Part shown: positions 1 through 14,457 of the stretch, piece after piece | Layout of the letters: every line of letters begins with the position of its first letter | How positions within the stretch are numbered: position 1 is the stretch's first letter | Assembly: GCF_037042905.1 (NCBI RefSeq) | Contig: NC_087251.1 | Location: 15,688,001-15,752,000 of the forward strand | Direction of reading: 5' to 3' | Source of the DNA: Lytechinus pictus | Lineage: Eukaryota | DNA: 64,000 nt | Translations under genes and position numbers: made by a program | The notes under the pieces: generated by a model | What the model saw: the letters and a program-made list of their open reading frames with translations, nothing else | The model's database searches: none | What the model was told of the DNA's origin: nothing

Positions 1-1247
1 CAATTTCAAAATGCCCTTCTTCGCCATTTCAATTCTGTTTGCTTTATATGATAGCACTAGGTGGGGGATTCAAAACTTCTACACAGAATTTTGAAACTCA
101 TTAAATATGCTAATTTATGCGCATTTTTCAAAATTCACTAAAAATGCTTCTTTATTTGTCGACCGATTTTGAATTTTTTTATTCCATCTGGTAGAGCTTC
201 ATGAGGTTTACCAAACCTCTACACAGAATTTTGAAATTTCGACTAGAACAATTTTTATGCTAATTTATGCAGAATTTTTAAATTTGGAGTAGAAAATTAT
301 TTATGCTAATTTATGCGAAATTCATAAATCACAGAAAATGCCTCTTCTTTATTTGTTGACTGAATTTCAAAATGCTTCTTCTTCGTCATTTCAAGTCTGA
401 TTTCAATTCTGTTTGCTTTATTTGATAGCATTAGGTGGGGGATTCAAAACTTCTACACAGAATTTTGAAACTCATTAAATATGCTAATTTATGCATATTT
501 TTAAAAATTCACATAAAATGCTTCTTCTTTAATTGTTGACCGATTTTGATTTATTTTCTTCCATCTGGTAGAACTTCATGAGGTTCACCAAACTTTTACA
601 AAGAATTTTGAAATTTTCAGTAAAAAATTATTTATGCTAATTTATGCGAAATTTATTCATAAATCACAGAAAATGCCTCTTCTTCGTTATTTGTTGACCG
701 ATTTTGATTTTTTTTCTTCCATCTGGTAGAGCTGCATGAGGTTCACCAAACATGTACTCAAAATTTTGAAATTTTGCCTAGAAAATTATTTATGCTAATT
801 TATGCAAAATTTATTCATAAATCACAAAAAAAAAATTCTTCATTTGTTGATCAATTTCAATTTTGTTTGCTTTATATGATAGCTCGAGGTGGTGATACAA
901 AATTTAAACTCAGAATTTTGGAAGTCATTTAATATGCTTATTTATTCATATATTTTCAAAACTCACAACAAATACTTATTTATTTGTTTATTGATTTTGA
1001 TTATTTTTGTTCCATCTGAGAGCTACATGAGGTTCACCAAGGTTCTACACAGAGTTTAGAAATTTTGACCAGAAAATTATTTATGCTTAATTTATATGAA
1101 ATTTATTCATAGATCACAAAAAATTCTCTATGTCATTTCTTCATCAATTTCAATTCTATATCCTAAGTTTAAGTCACCAATATAATTCACTACAGTGTCA
1201 ACTTGGCTGAAATTAAAATTGTGTTAAATTTCATTGATGTGCTAGTT
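1..1247 (+). mobile_element. Helitron/Helentron-like non-autonomous repeat built of internal tandem modules (copy 1; 5' end outside window)
   Basis: Repeated modules (catctggtagagcttcatgaggttcaccaaa..., ttctacacagaattttgaaa, atgctaatttatgc) are colinear with ~17920-21773. Both copies end at ...cattgatgtgCTAGtt. Confidence 0.6.
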
Positions 1248-1344
1248 CTTCATGATGTCTTTTATATTCTGTTGTGTTTTGATGTCTATGAATGGGGTAT
1301 TCTGTAGTGAAACCAATCATCTTTTTTATTATATTTTCTGGCAG

Positions 1345-4300
1345 ATCATCAGTGAGAGTTTCCTTCACAACCACCCTCAGGGTCTGAAAGGAATGTATTC
1401 CAGAATCTTAGACTTCATCCCTAAGCACTGTGACCTTATCAGGAAGGTCACATCACCAAGTCAAAGGTATGTTGATAATTATCATTAACATAAATGTATC
1501 TCAACTTTTAGTTTTAATATACTAGAGAAATCATACTTCCTGTTTGTATTTCTGTATATTGCAGTCCTTCCATCTTTTTTTTATTCTGTAGATTTTAAAA
1601 ACAATATATTAAATTTTGCATAATGTACAAATACGATCCTGTGTAAATTGTGTACAGTATGCATCAAATGTATAGCAATCTAATCGAAGTATTGTTCCAT
1701 TGATTTTCAAATGAAGCACCTGGTACCAATAACAAAAGCTTAAGTTACTCATATTGTCCTTTTGACAGCAAATTTGACAGAGTTCCAATCCTATGTTTTA
1801 TTTTTCTTTCAGCTTCAGTTTTATTCTGTTTAATTTGTTTCATGTTCATGCTTGAATTTGTTTCTGAGAAGTGCAAGTCAAAAAGGTTCAGCATCTGTGT
1901 TTTTTTTAATTTTGTAGAATTTGTAGAACAAGACATCTTTTCATCTAATCTAAGTAATATATTTTCTTAAACTCATGTAGTGCCAGTGGCCAGGAGATAG
2001 TAAGAGGTTATGACTTTCCAGTCAATGCTGCTTGGCCTGAGATAGCCAGTAGTCTAGAGACTAGAACACCATCCATCTTTGCTCCAGGCAATCCTGATAT
2101 ATTTCACCAGGTGAGACTGAGGGAGTGTTGCAACACAACTTTATATTAACCAATTGCAAATTCCGCTAATCAATTTTAGCTGTGGCAATTCAGTTTACCA
2201 GTATGCTTTTGGTTGAGTGAAATCGTTGTGATTAAATATGGGACCATAACTTCACTCGAACTTTGTTTGGCTAGTAGATAGTTTGGTGAGTTAATTAACA
2301 ATGACAAAAGTTCCATTTAAAAATTGACCTCTGTCATAGTACAACTATCCAATCTGGGAGTGGTTATAAGATATTGAAAATTAATAACAAAAGACACAAA
2401 TCAATACTCTGCATGTTTGTGCTCGGATGTTTGGGCAGTATCACTTTTAGTAAATCTCCTTGTCTAATAGAAAATTGTAGTAGATGACAACTCCAATGGT
2501 CAATTTACCATATAAAGTGTGTAATTGCAAGTCTAATGACTATCAACATACAGTATGTGTTTCAGACTCATCATTACTTTCTTATTATATAATTTCTGTC
2601 ATGCAGAAATTCCTATTGACCCAAGACTTTGTGAATGGGTTTGAGCGTCAGTGTGGCTCCCAGGCCAGCGTGCGTCGTCTCAGGTCTCATCCAACATACA
2701 GTGCTTTCATGACCAAATGGAGCCTTCCTGTATACTTCCAATTAAGGTTGGCATCTCAATGTGCTTTGTTTTCAATTCATCACTCCCTTTGTGTCTTTCT
2801 TTCCAAGTAAATCCTAGAATGTCATTGTGTCCACCTCCTGCAACTGTACATCACTCATCACAAATTGATTATCCAGTGTGTCTATGTATTATTTTTAGAT
2901 AGTAAATATCTGTATCAGTTCTAAATTGTAGCTGTAAATGTGTTGAATTTAAATCATCAATTTGCATGTTTTTGTAAATGGTGATAGCATTGACTAGCAA
3001 TATGCTGTATTTCAGTTGAGCTTGTTACCAAAGTACAAAATATGCTGTGTTTAAGGGATCAATATACAATGCACAGGCATGTTGCATTATCGGTAATTAA
3101 TAAACAAGTCAAGTAAAATATTTAAAATAAAGACTTTATTTATATCTTTTGACACCTTATATATCTTTTTTTTCTTAGGTTTCAAGAGATAGCTGGTCAG
3201 TTTGAGGCAGCACTGATGTCTCCATTCAGCATTGCACCAGGTATAATTATATATTGTATATTATTTGTCAATAATTTGGAAACAAATCTTTGGTGAATAA
3301 TTGTTTACTAGTTGAATTTGTAGGGTTTTGTTAATAACTTGTTATTCTGAATTCCCAATACTTAAGTGTGTGCCCAAGTCATGGTCAGGGTTTTGGTTAT
3401 GTCCACTTTCAAATAGCACCTGCAACCACCATGAAAAATTGATAACAAATCTTTTGTCAGGCTTTTGGCAAATTATCCTGCAGCAAAAAATGTATTTGAA
3501 ATAAAGTGTATCAAGTGCAGCAAACCTAACAAAAACAGTATTAATTTCAGAAGTTAGAAAAAGAAGGACCCTCAGATATCCCTGTAGCAAATACATGATA
3601 GGCAGGTTCACTTTTTGAAAAAAAAATATGTAGGATATCCTCGTAAAGTAATTATCTTGGGAGTGTTTCATCAATATTTTTGTCCGACAAGTTTCCTTGG
3701 TTTTGATTGACTGAGAGGCAGTGTTACTATGGTAACTAGGATAAAACGGGCCTTGTCGGATAAAACGTCCGACAAGTCCTTTCATGAAATGCTCCCCAGA
3801 TATAGTACCTGCCTCGATAGGAATTATCCCCTTAACCCTCCCCAAGGTTCAACATGGTATTCATTTCAACAAACCCTATTAAGACAATCCACCATGCAAG
3901 GATATGTTTATTGTTTGTCACCTTTAGATGGTTCCAAGTATCAGTTATCTGCCAGCCAGGTATTGTGGGAGTGTCTTCAGAGGTGTTGGCATGACAACGT
4001 CTTCCTAACCCCTCTGTGTCATCGATTCTGGAAGCTGACACTTCAGCTCCTGTCAAGATATGCCGTCTGGGTGGATGAGGTTTATAACACTGAGGTAAGG
4101 AGGATTCTTAAAACTACACAATTGAATAGAGATTGGTGCATGTATAATGACCAAAGTGATTTTGAAAATCAGTTTTGATCAATCTCTGAGCGTTGTGTTA
4201 TGGGTCTGGGGGAGGAGGGGTAGGGGCATTTCATGAAGTATTTTACTAGAGATTTATTTTGTTCTGACAGGTTTGTTCCCAGTGAGTCACATGGAGATTT

Positions 4301-7300
4301 CACTTGTAGATTGTAATAGATGTGAAAATCGGTGACTAATGTCTTCACAATTTCTTCATAGGTGCAGTTTTGTAAGGTTATTTAATGAAAATTTCCATAA
4401 CATATTAAAGACAATGCAATGAAATATTGTGATTCATTGATAATTTTATGAAAGCGTAAATAAATGACTCATTGTAATATATTGACAATAGATTATGTAA
4501 TAAAAGTGTAAAAACTGACTTCCTCATTCATTAACATTTCCTAATATTTTCATTGAATGAAAGTGTTAAAATAATGACACATTGTCTTACACATTGACAA
4601 TTTCTTGTAAAATACTTGGTGTATCATTGATCCAAATGATGTCATTGAAACTCAAGTTTCCAATCATTGGGATTGTTATAATTTTAAGATCACAGAGGAA
4701 GGCAGAAAGGCAGCTGAAGAGAAAAGACAGCAGCAGGCAGCAGCCAAAATGGAGCCCAAGGCTGAAGGGGATGGAGGAGAACGTTCTACACCATCACCTG
4801 TCCCGTCAGGTCCCCCTCCTGCTACTCTTTCTCAACTTGTCAAAATGGTGGCTGATATTGATAGCATCACAGCTGGGGTTAGTATCATCAAAACAAAAAC
4901 AATCACACAACTCTCCTCTCCCCAATTTGATGAAGGCAAAGAAAAATTAGTCAACATTAAAAAAAAAAAAAAATACTGGGGCTAACAAAAAGAACAAAAT
5001 TGCATTCATTGATGTATTTATCTCTATTAGAATGTCTACCAACTCAAAGCTGGAAATTATTTCATTTATTCAGTTTTTATTAAAAATAGAAACCTTAAGT
5101 TGAAAGAAATAACGACTTGAAAACAAATCAGGAATAACTTCTGTACACCATGAAGTTGACAGCAGTATCAAATATTCAAAGTCCTTGTTGTACTGACTCA
5201 CTGTTTCTCCACAGAAACTTTGGTAATTAATTTGTGGCACTTCACCACATTTGGTCAGAGGGTTCTTGGATTCCCAAACCATAAATGAATTTCCTTCGAA
5301 ATTGTTTTTTTTATTTTAATATGTGTATTGATGGTTACATTAATCTGAAACTGAATTTAATTATAAGGTGGTTTCCTAGTTATAGAGCTGAGTTTAATTA
5401 GGTGCATTCCTGTTTCCCTCCAATCCTGAAGTGACTTTTCATAATTACCTTACCGACAGTTAAACAGTCAACAATGTTTCTTGACCTAATATTGAAAAAA
5501 CATTTGTTTTCAATGCAGCTTCCAGAAGTTTTCAAGGAACACATCAAGCCAAAGCTTGTGTCAGTTAACTGCACAGAATTCACTTCATTAGAAGGTAATA
5601 ATTTTGAGAAATAATAGATAAAACAGAATGCTGCTATTCAGACATTGCCTGACATCAAGCCCAGGCAATTGTTTAAGTTATATATTTTGATGTGTGTAGG
5701 GGTGTGTTTTGTGTGTACCACAATGTTTATACAGAAGTTTAATTGATAATATGAAAATATTGAATTTTATTAATAGTATATATCCACTTTGCAGAATTTT
5801 CATTGTTACTAGGACATTAGCCTGTTTTCATCCAACCTTATGGATTGTACAAGAAACAATATTTATTAAACCTCCAACTGATCAAATTTGAATTAATGAT
5901 GACCATGAATGTCTCTATATCAAGAATTTTTCGAATCTTTCCAACAATGACAGCAGTTATGATTGGTGATGTTATAGTACATACAGTATAGATATGGAAT
6001 TCTTTATTGTTTTGGCTAATTGTTAACTAATGTATCAACTTCTTGTTTTAATGCAATTAAAAAAGAAGACCAGTTAGATCATATTTTAATATGTACGTAT
6101 CATGATTATTGTTGATTCCATAAAACACACATTTCTATTTCCATTTGTAGAAGCTATGGAAGACAGTGCATCAGCTATGCAGACTCGTTTGGAAGCCACC
6201 AGCTTACATGTAACCCAGGAGGTTGGTTCACTCTGTGTGATTCATCTCAAAGGAGCCAATGATATACCTAGACTCTACAGGAGGACCAATAGAGAGGTGA
6301 GTCCCATCGACCCTGATTCATAAAACTGTTTGTAAAGTTGCACACCTTTTTATTGCTTAAAATGTCTATGGATGGGTCTCTTGGAAATGTGCATCATACT
6401 GAATTCAAATATTGTTAATGACTGAATATGGAGTTGAAATTTAACCCCAAAGTTTTTCTTCAAGTTTTCAACTGTGTTAAAAATGGGTTGATGTAAATTG
6501 CAACAAAAAATGGAAAATGCACTTAACATACTTCGACAATAAGAATGGCAATGATTATTTGCAAAACTCACTTTGAACTGTAGCAGTGAAGTAGGATTCA
6601 GGTTAAAACACAGTTAGATTTTCTTTTCTGCACTGTAGTAAAGATATTTTTTTCGAAGTTGAACAAGAATAGTATATTGAATCTTGGGTGAGAACCGAGT
6701 ATCCCCAAAAGGTTGATGTCTGGAGTATGAAATTAAAGCTTTAAAGTTGCCATTATGGGATGGTCTTTCCTTTGACATTATGCAGTACTATCATGTGCTA
6801 ATAATATAAGCTAGTGACTTTGAAGTCAAATAGGATGTCAATCGATTAACCATTACTGCTAAGAAATTTAACCTGTTGCATACTGGAATGGATTGTCCTT
6901 GTACAAAGCCTCTAAGAAATGAAGAATAGGAGTCAATGAGTTAAGTTGTTACAATATTATTTGCTATTAGGTTCCAAGTAAACCATCAAGCTATGTCAGC
7001 AGCACCCTAAAGCCTCTGCAAACATTCCTTGAAGACCACCAAGCCATTCTGTCAAGCAGCAGGAGAAAGGATTGGACTCTAGCTGTTATTTCAAACATCA
7101 CAAAAGAGTAAGTACAAGAATGTAATTTGTTATGGTGTCCTTAAATAGATCACACCTGTGACATAGAAGAACAATGGTGGGTTGTAGCATTGTAATGTCT
7201 GTCTTTATTTACACTTCTACACTCCTGGTGCTCCACAATATAACATACCCTGTAGAATATAGCTTCACCATCTAGCTGCAAACCTATCTCTTGCATTTTA

Positions 7301-8659
7301 AGAAATTGTTTCTAGTCTGGTTTCTACTTACCCCTCACCCCAGCTGTGTAAAGTGTGGCAAAAAAAATGGAAAAACTGTTCTAGGCAATACATCAATAAG
7401 ATGAAAAATACATTTTGGTACAAATATCAGGAAAATTCGGCTAATGATTTTCCAGTCGTAATTTTTTTTTTAGGGGGGGGGGAGGGGGATGGGGTAAATA
7501 TTTTTTTAAGTTTTAGTGCTTTCATAATCAAAACATATTAGATTTTTCATTAATACCCATTTCTAAATAGAGTATTACCTTTAATATCCAAGAGATTACA
7601 TGTTTTTGGGGTGTGAGATTAAGTTTATTTTAAGAATGAAATGTGCTAATAGTTTTTTTTTGTCCATCCAGGTATCTAGCAATCAGCACAGAACTCCTGA
7701 CGTCAGTCAAGAAGATGGAAGATAGTTTGAAGAGACTCAAAGCTCTCAAGAAGACGGGTGCTACATCAGGGACCACACCTAACCAAGGAATGTCAGATGA
7801 CGACAAGATCAGGTTGCAGCTAGCTCTGGATGTTAGGTTCTATGCTCAACAGGTATTCAGTTATTCTTGAAATGTATGACTTTAAGCAACCATTCTCGCC
7901 TAAAAAAATGCTATAAAAAGCTGAAGATTAATGGCAGTTGCCCAAATTCAGTGAATGCCATTCTTTGACTTTATTGTAGTGACCTTCTCATGATTTTGAC
8001 ATGCTTTATTTACCCTGGTGATTGCAAGTTAAGTGTTAAAAAGCATCAATCAGATTTCCTTTCTAAGCTCCAACACTTAAATGTGAGTTTATAAAAATGA
8101 TCCAAACCAGTTACTGACAGCTCAGCACCTAGTGAGATTTGTCTCAGCACCAGCTTCATTTGAAGTTAGTAAGAATGTAATAATTTGCTCAACACCAACA
8201 CCAAGCTATCACTGAACTTGAAATCACTCAATCTTGGTTGAACTATACTTCCCAGTGGCATGGTGTGAAAAGAGGGAGAACTTGCATTGATGAAATTTGG
8301 CCTGAACTGTCTAACAGAGTTTTGATTTGTAACTCATATTTGTTACCCCAGCTTAATTGCTTGAATGCATCATTGATTGATTACCTATTCATTTACTCAC
8401 AGAAAGGAGATTTGTCTACTGAAATAGTGCACTTGGATTGGTCAAGAGTTAAATTCAAGTTTGTAACAGCATTACAACAATTTGTTAATAAGAATAAAAA
8501 GTTTTACTGAGAACCTTTTGAGATTGCTTCACATTTTTTCTTTTTCTGTTTCTTTTGTCACAGATTGATTCTCTTGGTTTGGTCAGTACAGAAATCTCAG
8601 TTTTCCAGGAACTCAGTACTTTGGTTGAAGCTACAGTGAATCAGTCGACATCAAGTTGA
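1345..8659 (+). CDS. COG2: Conserved oligomeric Golgi complex subunit 2, C-terminal ~481 aa (5' exons upstream of window)
   Basis: Exons 1345-1466, 1981-2110, 2607-2746, 3179-3240, 3928-4094, 4689-4877, 5519-5594, 6151-6296, 6971-7107, 7672-7852, 8564-8659. All are GT-AG, phases join, TGA at 8657-8659. COG2-typical motifs: GYDF..N..WPEI, FAPGNPDIFH, KWSLPVYFQLRFQEIAG, HRFWKLTLQLLSRY, DIPRLYRRTNREVPSKPSSYV, SVKKMEDSLKRLK, MSDDDKIRLQLALDV. Confidence 0.95.
3659..3797. mobile_element. Small palindromic MITE (ggg..tttcat / atgaaa..ccc family)
   Basis: Ends gggagtgtttcat / atgaaatgctccc, with inner tccgacaag/cttgtcgga inverted motifs. Related ends occur at ~10545-10845 and ~59856-60003. Confidence 0.5.
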
Positions 8660-9227
8660 ATTGTCTTACTGCAATATTTACCTATTCAATTCTTTATTAT
8701 GTATTCATGGCACAAACTTCAATTAGATAAGCTTGAAGCTAGATTGAAACATGGACGAGGTTATGTTCAAATTCAGTGTTTTGGAACTTTCATTTGGAAT
8801 ACATTATAATGTGTCGACACCAGACATTTGAAAAGTTCTGGAAGTGCTTGCGATGCATCTTCATCCTACTATGCTATGCCAGGAATGAACATTCCTTAGC
8901 CCATTTGGGTTTATTTGGGCCATTGAAAGTGAGCCAATGGCCTATAATCCCAACGCTTATTGAATTTAGTCATAGTCTATGTCTGGACTATTGTTTGTGT
9001 ACGGTAAATCAAATGTGCCTATAACTTGAATATCAACTGTTACATTTAGCTATCCATTCTTGAACCACAATATTAGACCATGAAACGAGAGATGAAAGTA
9101 TGGGCCAATGACATTACCAATAAGGCAATGTGTCGATTATATGGAGCAATACATAAGGTCTAGTGGTCATAAAACTCATTCTTCCTGAGGTGATAGATAA
9201 CACCCATCACTTTATGGTATTGAGTTA

Positions 9228-9836
9228 TGCCCGGTTGACACTTGCATGCATTGTGGTGCCCGCATTACCCCGCATTGGTGCATACCAGTGTAGGACACTT
9301 TTTGGCACGACTTGGCCGTATCAGTACATGCACTGTCCCAACACGTTCACGACATGTTTCCGCATGCTTGCGCATAGTTCACTCACTGTCCCGACGTGCT
9401 TTCGGCAAATATTCTTGACACCTTATTCTGTGACATATCTAGCGCAAATTTAAATATTCAAACGTTCTGGTGTTGACACCCTCTACATTCGTTGATTATG
9501 ACGACTTAAACCGATCACGTGGTCTGCACTCACAATTTTGTGCCCATCATTTGCAAACTATGCATGAAGTATGATTAGCTTATGCGCATAGTATGCGCGA
9601 CCCTGTCTTGAACTAGTCGTGAATTGCATGCCATTACCCCTGGGGGTGTGCCTATTATTTTGATTTCGATGCCACACAGTGGCACAACTACGTTGAGTAT
9701 AGTCCATGAAAACATGTTGAATATTTTGGCACGCACCTATCTGCAAGCTGGCACGCATAGTTCGTGCATTGGCCCGCATGAGTGCGTGCCCATGTGCAAA
9801 CTAAGCGGGAACCACAATGCGTGTGTCAACCGAGCT
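9228..9836. mobile_element. Non-autonomous TIR element (MITE, TA/TWA flanks; Harbinger-like?)
   Basis: Left end gcccggttgacac...gcattgtggtgcccgc pairs with right end gcgggaaccacaatgc...gtgtcaaccgagc. Flanked by tta / taa. Interior is GC-richer than the flanks. Confidence 0.65.
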
Positions 9837-10177
9837 TAACCCATGAATAGTAGACAGTGAATCTGTTTAATCTAATGTCTTTTGTACAGGGACTCCTTGG
9901 TTCCAGTGTCCTAATTTGTGTACATAAAATATCATTGAGTCTTCTAGAAATCTGCTTTACTTTACATCCATTTGACAATGCAGAATTTTCATCAAAATTC
10001 TAAATTATAGAATATAAATGATTTCATATTTTTTCTTAAAACAAGAGCAATGTAATGATAAATACAGAATAATACAGTAGTTATTGAATAAAGATGTGTA
10101 AATTAGGAATTGCAGTTGTCAATTTGCAGTAATACTTAATGCACAATTTTAATGTAATATATTGATTGGTGGTGGTG

Positions 10178-10376
10178 ATTTTTTTACCTGATTGCTAATA
10201 AAGCATGAATGCTTGTAAGCAAGCAACCAGAGGACCGACGGCTTAAGGTCCCCTCCGAAGGACCTGGTACTGAGGATTAATGCCTTACCAAAGGGCACTA
10301 GCGCACCAAGTGGGAATCGAACCCGGGTCACCGGAATACGAGTCCCCCGCTCTACCGACTGAGCTATCGCGCCTCC
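10178..10376 (-). mobile_element. tRNA-derived SINE
   Basis: Minus strand reads ggaggcgcgaTAGCTCAGTCGGtagagc...cccgGGTTCGATTCCc (A and B boxes), then a non-tRNA body (gtgccctttggtaaggcattaatcc...) and an A-rich tail. Confidence 0.85.
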
Positions 10377-12053
10377 AATTATATATCAGGAATGCCACTT
10401 TTTATTAAAACATAAGTAGGAATTCCTACCCATTCATCATTATCTTGGCTAAAGAAAACACACTTTTGTGTACTAAAGGGGTCCCATATAAAATGATTTT
10501 CCTATTGTTTTGGTGTCAATTCTAGGGTTCATTCTTTGGTTAGTGGTTCATAAAGCGGTTTGTAAGTTACACATGACTTACCGCACCACTGTTGACCCTT
10601 TCTTGTGCTATATAAGATTCTAATTTTGTATTCGTCTTTGTTTTGGTTGAAATCCAATCATTTTAGATAAGGTTCTCATGGTTAATAAGCATTTAACTTA
10701 GTTTTTTATTTGATTGAAACGTTCACTCGTATTATGTTAGAACCAGAGAAATTTGAAGTATATATGAGGTATCTATTTCATTAAGCATACAAAAATGGTC
10801 AGCAGTCATGCACAAATTAACGTATGACCAGCTTTATGAAATGAACGCTAGATATATACAATTATTAGGATACCAAACTGAAGGAAAGTTTTAATTTGAA
10901 ATTTGTGTAATATCTTAATGTATTGCCCCCTCCTTCAATAATGTCAAGTGCTATGTAACTACAAAATTAAATTCAAAGTAAAGAAGTTTGCTTCTTGTGT
11001 TTTCCATATCGTTGCTGGGATGTTAAAACCTCTCAATTAAAAAAAAATTGAGGGAGCTCATAAGAAGCTGTATTTAAAAAAAATATGGCAATGATAGCCA
11101 CCTTGTATTGGTGAAGTAGTCTCCTTATTCCTGTAGTGAAATTTTTTTAGGCCAAAAAATGTTGCCACTTATATCACAACTATAAAATCAAGCTTTTATT
11201 CAGCTGTCCTCCAAATTTGTAAATTTGAGTTACAAGGTTTTAACAGCTAGAAAGTGCTGTATGATTAAATTACTTAACTGTGAAAGTATGAATATTCTGC
11301 TAGGTTATGGCATACTTCAGATCTAGGCTTACTGTTCATCATCATCATTTGAAAATGTAAAAAAATCTTGCAATGTTTCTCTCTCCCTCTCTCTCATAAC
11401 CTCATTCACATCATTTGTGAATAAAATAATGTATGTTTTGTATTTTCTGACAACAGGAAATCAGGTATTTCTTGGAAATTATGTTGACAGAGATAGAATT
11501 TGTATTGACATTTTGCATGCATAATAAAGGTTTCTTTTTTTCTGTAGGCCTAGTGTATATTTGCCGTAAATGCCAAAATATTAAATGGTCATATTAAAAT
11601 TATTTGTATCTACTTTAAGGCAATACTTTTATACTTACAGTTTAGTTATAGATACTCATTGTGTATACTAACTTTTTTGTCCAACAATGCTGAATTAGAG
11701 TAGTTGTGTTTAATATTTCATTATAGGTAGTGCAATTCCTTATTCATTTCTTATGGTTCTTGGCTATGTTTTTAAAAATTTGTTTCAGATCAAACATTCT
11801 CATGGCAATGTAATTCTATCAGCATTCACACTTTGTACTTTAGATATTCTCAATCAAATTAAAACTTTGTTTATCATTGATTTTTTTATTTCGATAAATC
11901 TTATTTATAGATAAACATTATTGATTATAAATGTATATGTACATGAAATAAATATACATCTTGTAAAAAAAACTATATGACAATAAATATATAATTGAAT
12001 GAAATCAAGAACTCTTACTACAGTACATGCTTATTTTTATTCATGGGTTTTAA

Positions 12054-12820
12054 CCCTAATTCTCCGGGGGGGGGGGGGGCCATAATGGCCCCCCTCAACA
12101 ATTTTCACGATATATCTGCTGCGCAAATTATTTTGACCTCGCCGCTCACTGACTTTTTACTTTCAAGTCTCGCACAAATTTTGAGACCAAATTTGTGACG
12201 CCTGGGTACGCGGTTACGACATTACGCAACATTATGTAAGTGCATGTCAGATCCAAAATTGCTCATAAATGTGATTTCATGTACAAATTAAATGCATATT
12301 GTATATTTAGCCAAAATTCATAAATGTATCATTATTTCTACTTTTACTGATTAAACTTAATCAATTTTGCATTGTTTATGATCCGAATTAAGTCTGGATC
12401 GATTTCCATCGAAAAAAACAATAAGTAAAAAAACAAAGAAATACATAAAATTTAAAAAACAACAAAATACATAAGAAATCGGTCTTGGTACCAGAATTTT
12501 TTTCATTCACAATTGTTAGGAATGCTATAAAGAATATTTTCACCCAAAAATAGCATTCTAGGAGCTTTATTTAGTGAATCAGAGCAAAAAGTATGATTTC
12601 ATGAATAAATTAGCATAATTAATTCATATGAAATAAAAATATATGAATTCCGTGAAATTTACCAATGCAACTGCGTAGATTACGTCGTTCTCTACCATTA
12701 TGCAAATTTTCGTTGTGATCGCGCAATCCGCGGCTGAGATCTTGAGGGGGGGGGGGGCCATAATGGCCCCCCCCCCCCCCTGGGAATGACAAGAATCAAA
12801 ATACCCCGGGAGATTTAGGG
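12054..12820. mobile_element. piggyBac-like MITE
   Basis: TTAA at 12050-12053 and 12821-12824. TIR CCCTAATTCTCCGGGGG / CCCCGGGAGATTTAGGG. The palindrome gggccataatggccc lies near both ends. Confidence 0.85.
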
Positions 12821-14457
12821 TTAAGGGATTTTTATATTGGCAAGCTTCTATTACTACTACTCAGGGTAAGTGTGTGATGTGAATAAACAATATAACTTAG
12901 GCTGGGGGGGGGGGGGGGGGGCTCCTAAAGAGAAAAATATAACATTTGGTTTGATAATAAACATCATATAAGTTTGTAAGATCAAATCAAGGCACCTCAG
13001 CAAAAGCTACCTTTGCCTGTGTATTTCAGCAGGAATCTCTTGCCTTCCTACTCCTCCAATTTAAGCATATACAATAAGATTGGGTAATCTGGTGTGAAAT
13101 TCTGCATATCTGAGAAGCTGCTAAAGCTGAAGAATATGATTTTTTTAAGCTACCTTAATGTGCAGATTGCAATATGGCCCTAAAAGCAACATTTTATTGT
13201 CAGACAAATATCCAAGCAAGAAGGCTATTTTGAGGGTTCTAGAAATTACCATCCTAAATCAACTTAGAATAAATTGTAAAATAACATACTATTTAAAATT
13301 CAATGCAGCTGATTTGCAAAGTTGTGATGATTGACTCCGGTTTGAGCTCGGGGCACCAAACTATCACATGCTATTCAAACGTACATGTAGGAGCCAAAAA
13401 GTGTGAATGCTTTGTTTAGCCCAAGGTAACATTCCATGCTCAAGTGAGAATTCCATAACTTTGGCTGATGGAGGCAATGTTTCCGAATATCAAGATAAAT
13501 CTCAAGGAAGGCTGATGAAAAACCAGCCAATGTATCCAAGTCCTATCTCATATTTACAAATGGATAAGCTAATAAAACAAGGTGAAGATTAAAATATTAA
13601 CTGATTAAATTGAGTAATTGTTTATATTCTTCTTAACTTATCATAAGAAAACACTGGCAGTGTAAACAAACAGATGTTTCCAATCAATATTTTCACATTC
13701 ATCAATATGAAATAAAATAAAAGCAATAGATCTATAATGAATGTGGAGTTCTACACCCCTTTCTTGAATTCACCTTCAAATAATCCAGATTGGATGCGGC
13801 TAAGAAGGCTCCCAATGAAAATTGACTATGAATTCAGAAGTAGTCCAAATTATTTTTTCTGAATGGGAACACACAACCAAATTTACAACTTGATATGGGA
13901 AAAGTCACCATCAGTGGTGTGAGTAAGGAAATCTTTAATTTGATATACCCTATGTGGTGTAAACAGTGAAATCTAAGAACTAGATACCCCATATCAAAGT
14001 GTCCTCATTTGTACAGGAGCAATACACAACTAACACATGTAGTTTTCCTAATTAAATGGCATAGTCTACATTACCAAAACCTCAACCCTAAATGGTATAC
14101 ATGTTGAGTGAGATAAGGCTACCCCACATGGCAATTACCGGCAAATGGTGCTGATGATATAATGCCTGGATGCTTGAAACAGGACCTTCTTGGAACTTTT
14201 TTCTGGAGTAGCAGACCATTTAGAGTTTTAGACACTTGGAGAGTACACCCCCCTGGACATTAGGCACTAAATCAAGTCATATGACAATTTTTTATCTTTT
14301 AAATCTGCTGTTCTCTATCAACATTATTTCAGTTTCTTCATGATGCAAAAAATAACTCTCGTAAAATTGACACTGCATGGTAAGCTGACAAGTCTATAGA
14401 ACAAACATTTTCCAGTAAGTCAGATATTCTATTGTTTCTGCAAACAGTCAAATGATG

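Noticed and set aside
3342..3845. 167-aa minus-strand ORF
   Set aside because: Intronic, overlaps a MITE, no recognisable domain.
10305..10376. tRNA gene
   Set aside because: It has A/B boxes but no clean acceptor stem, and it runs into a SINE body and A-tail.
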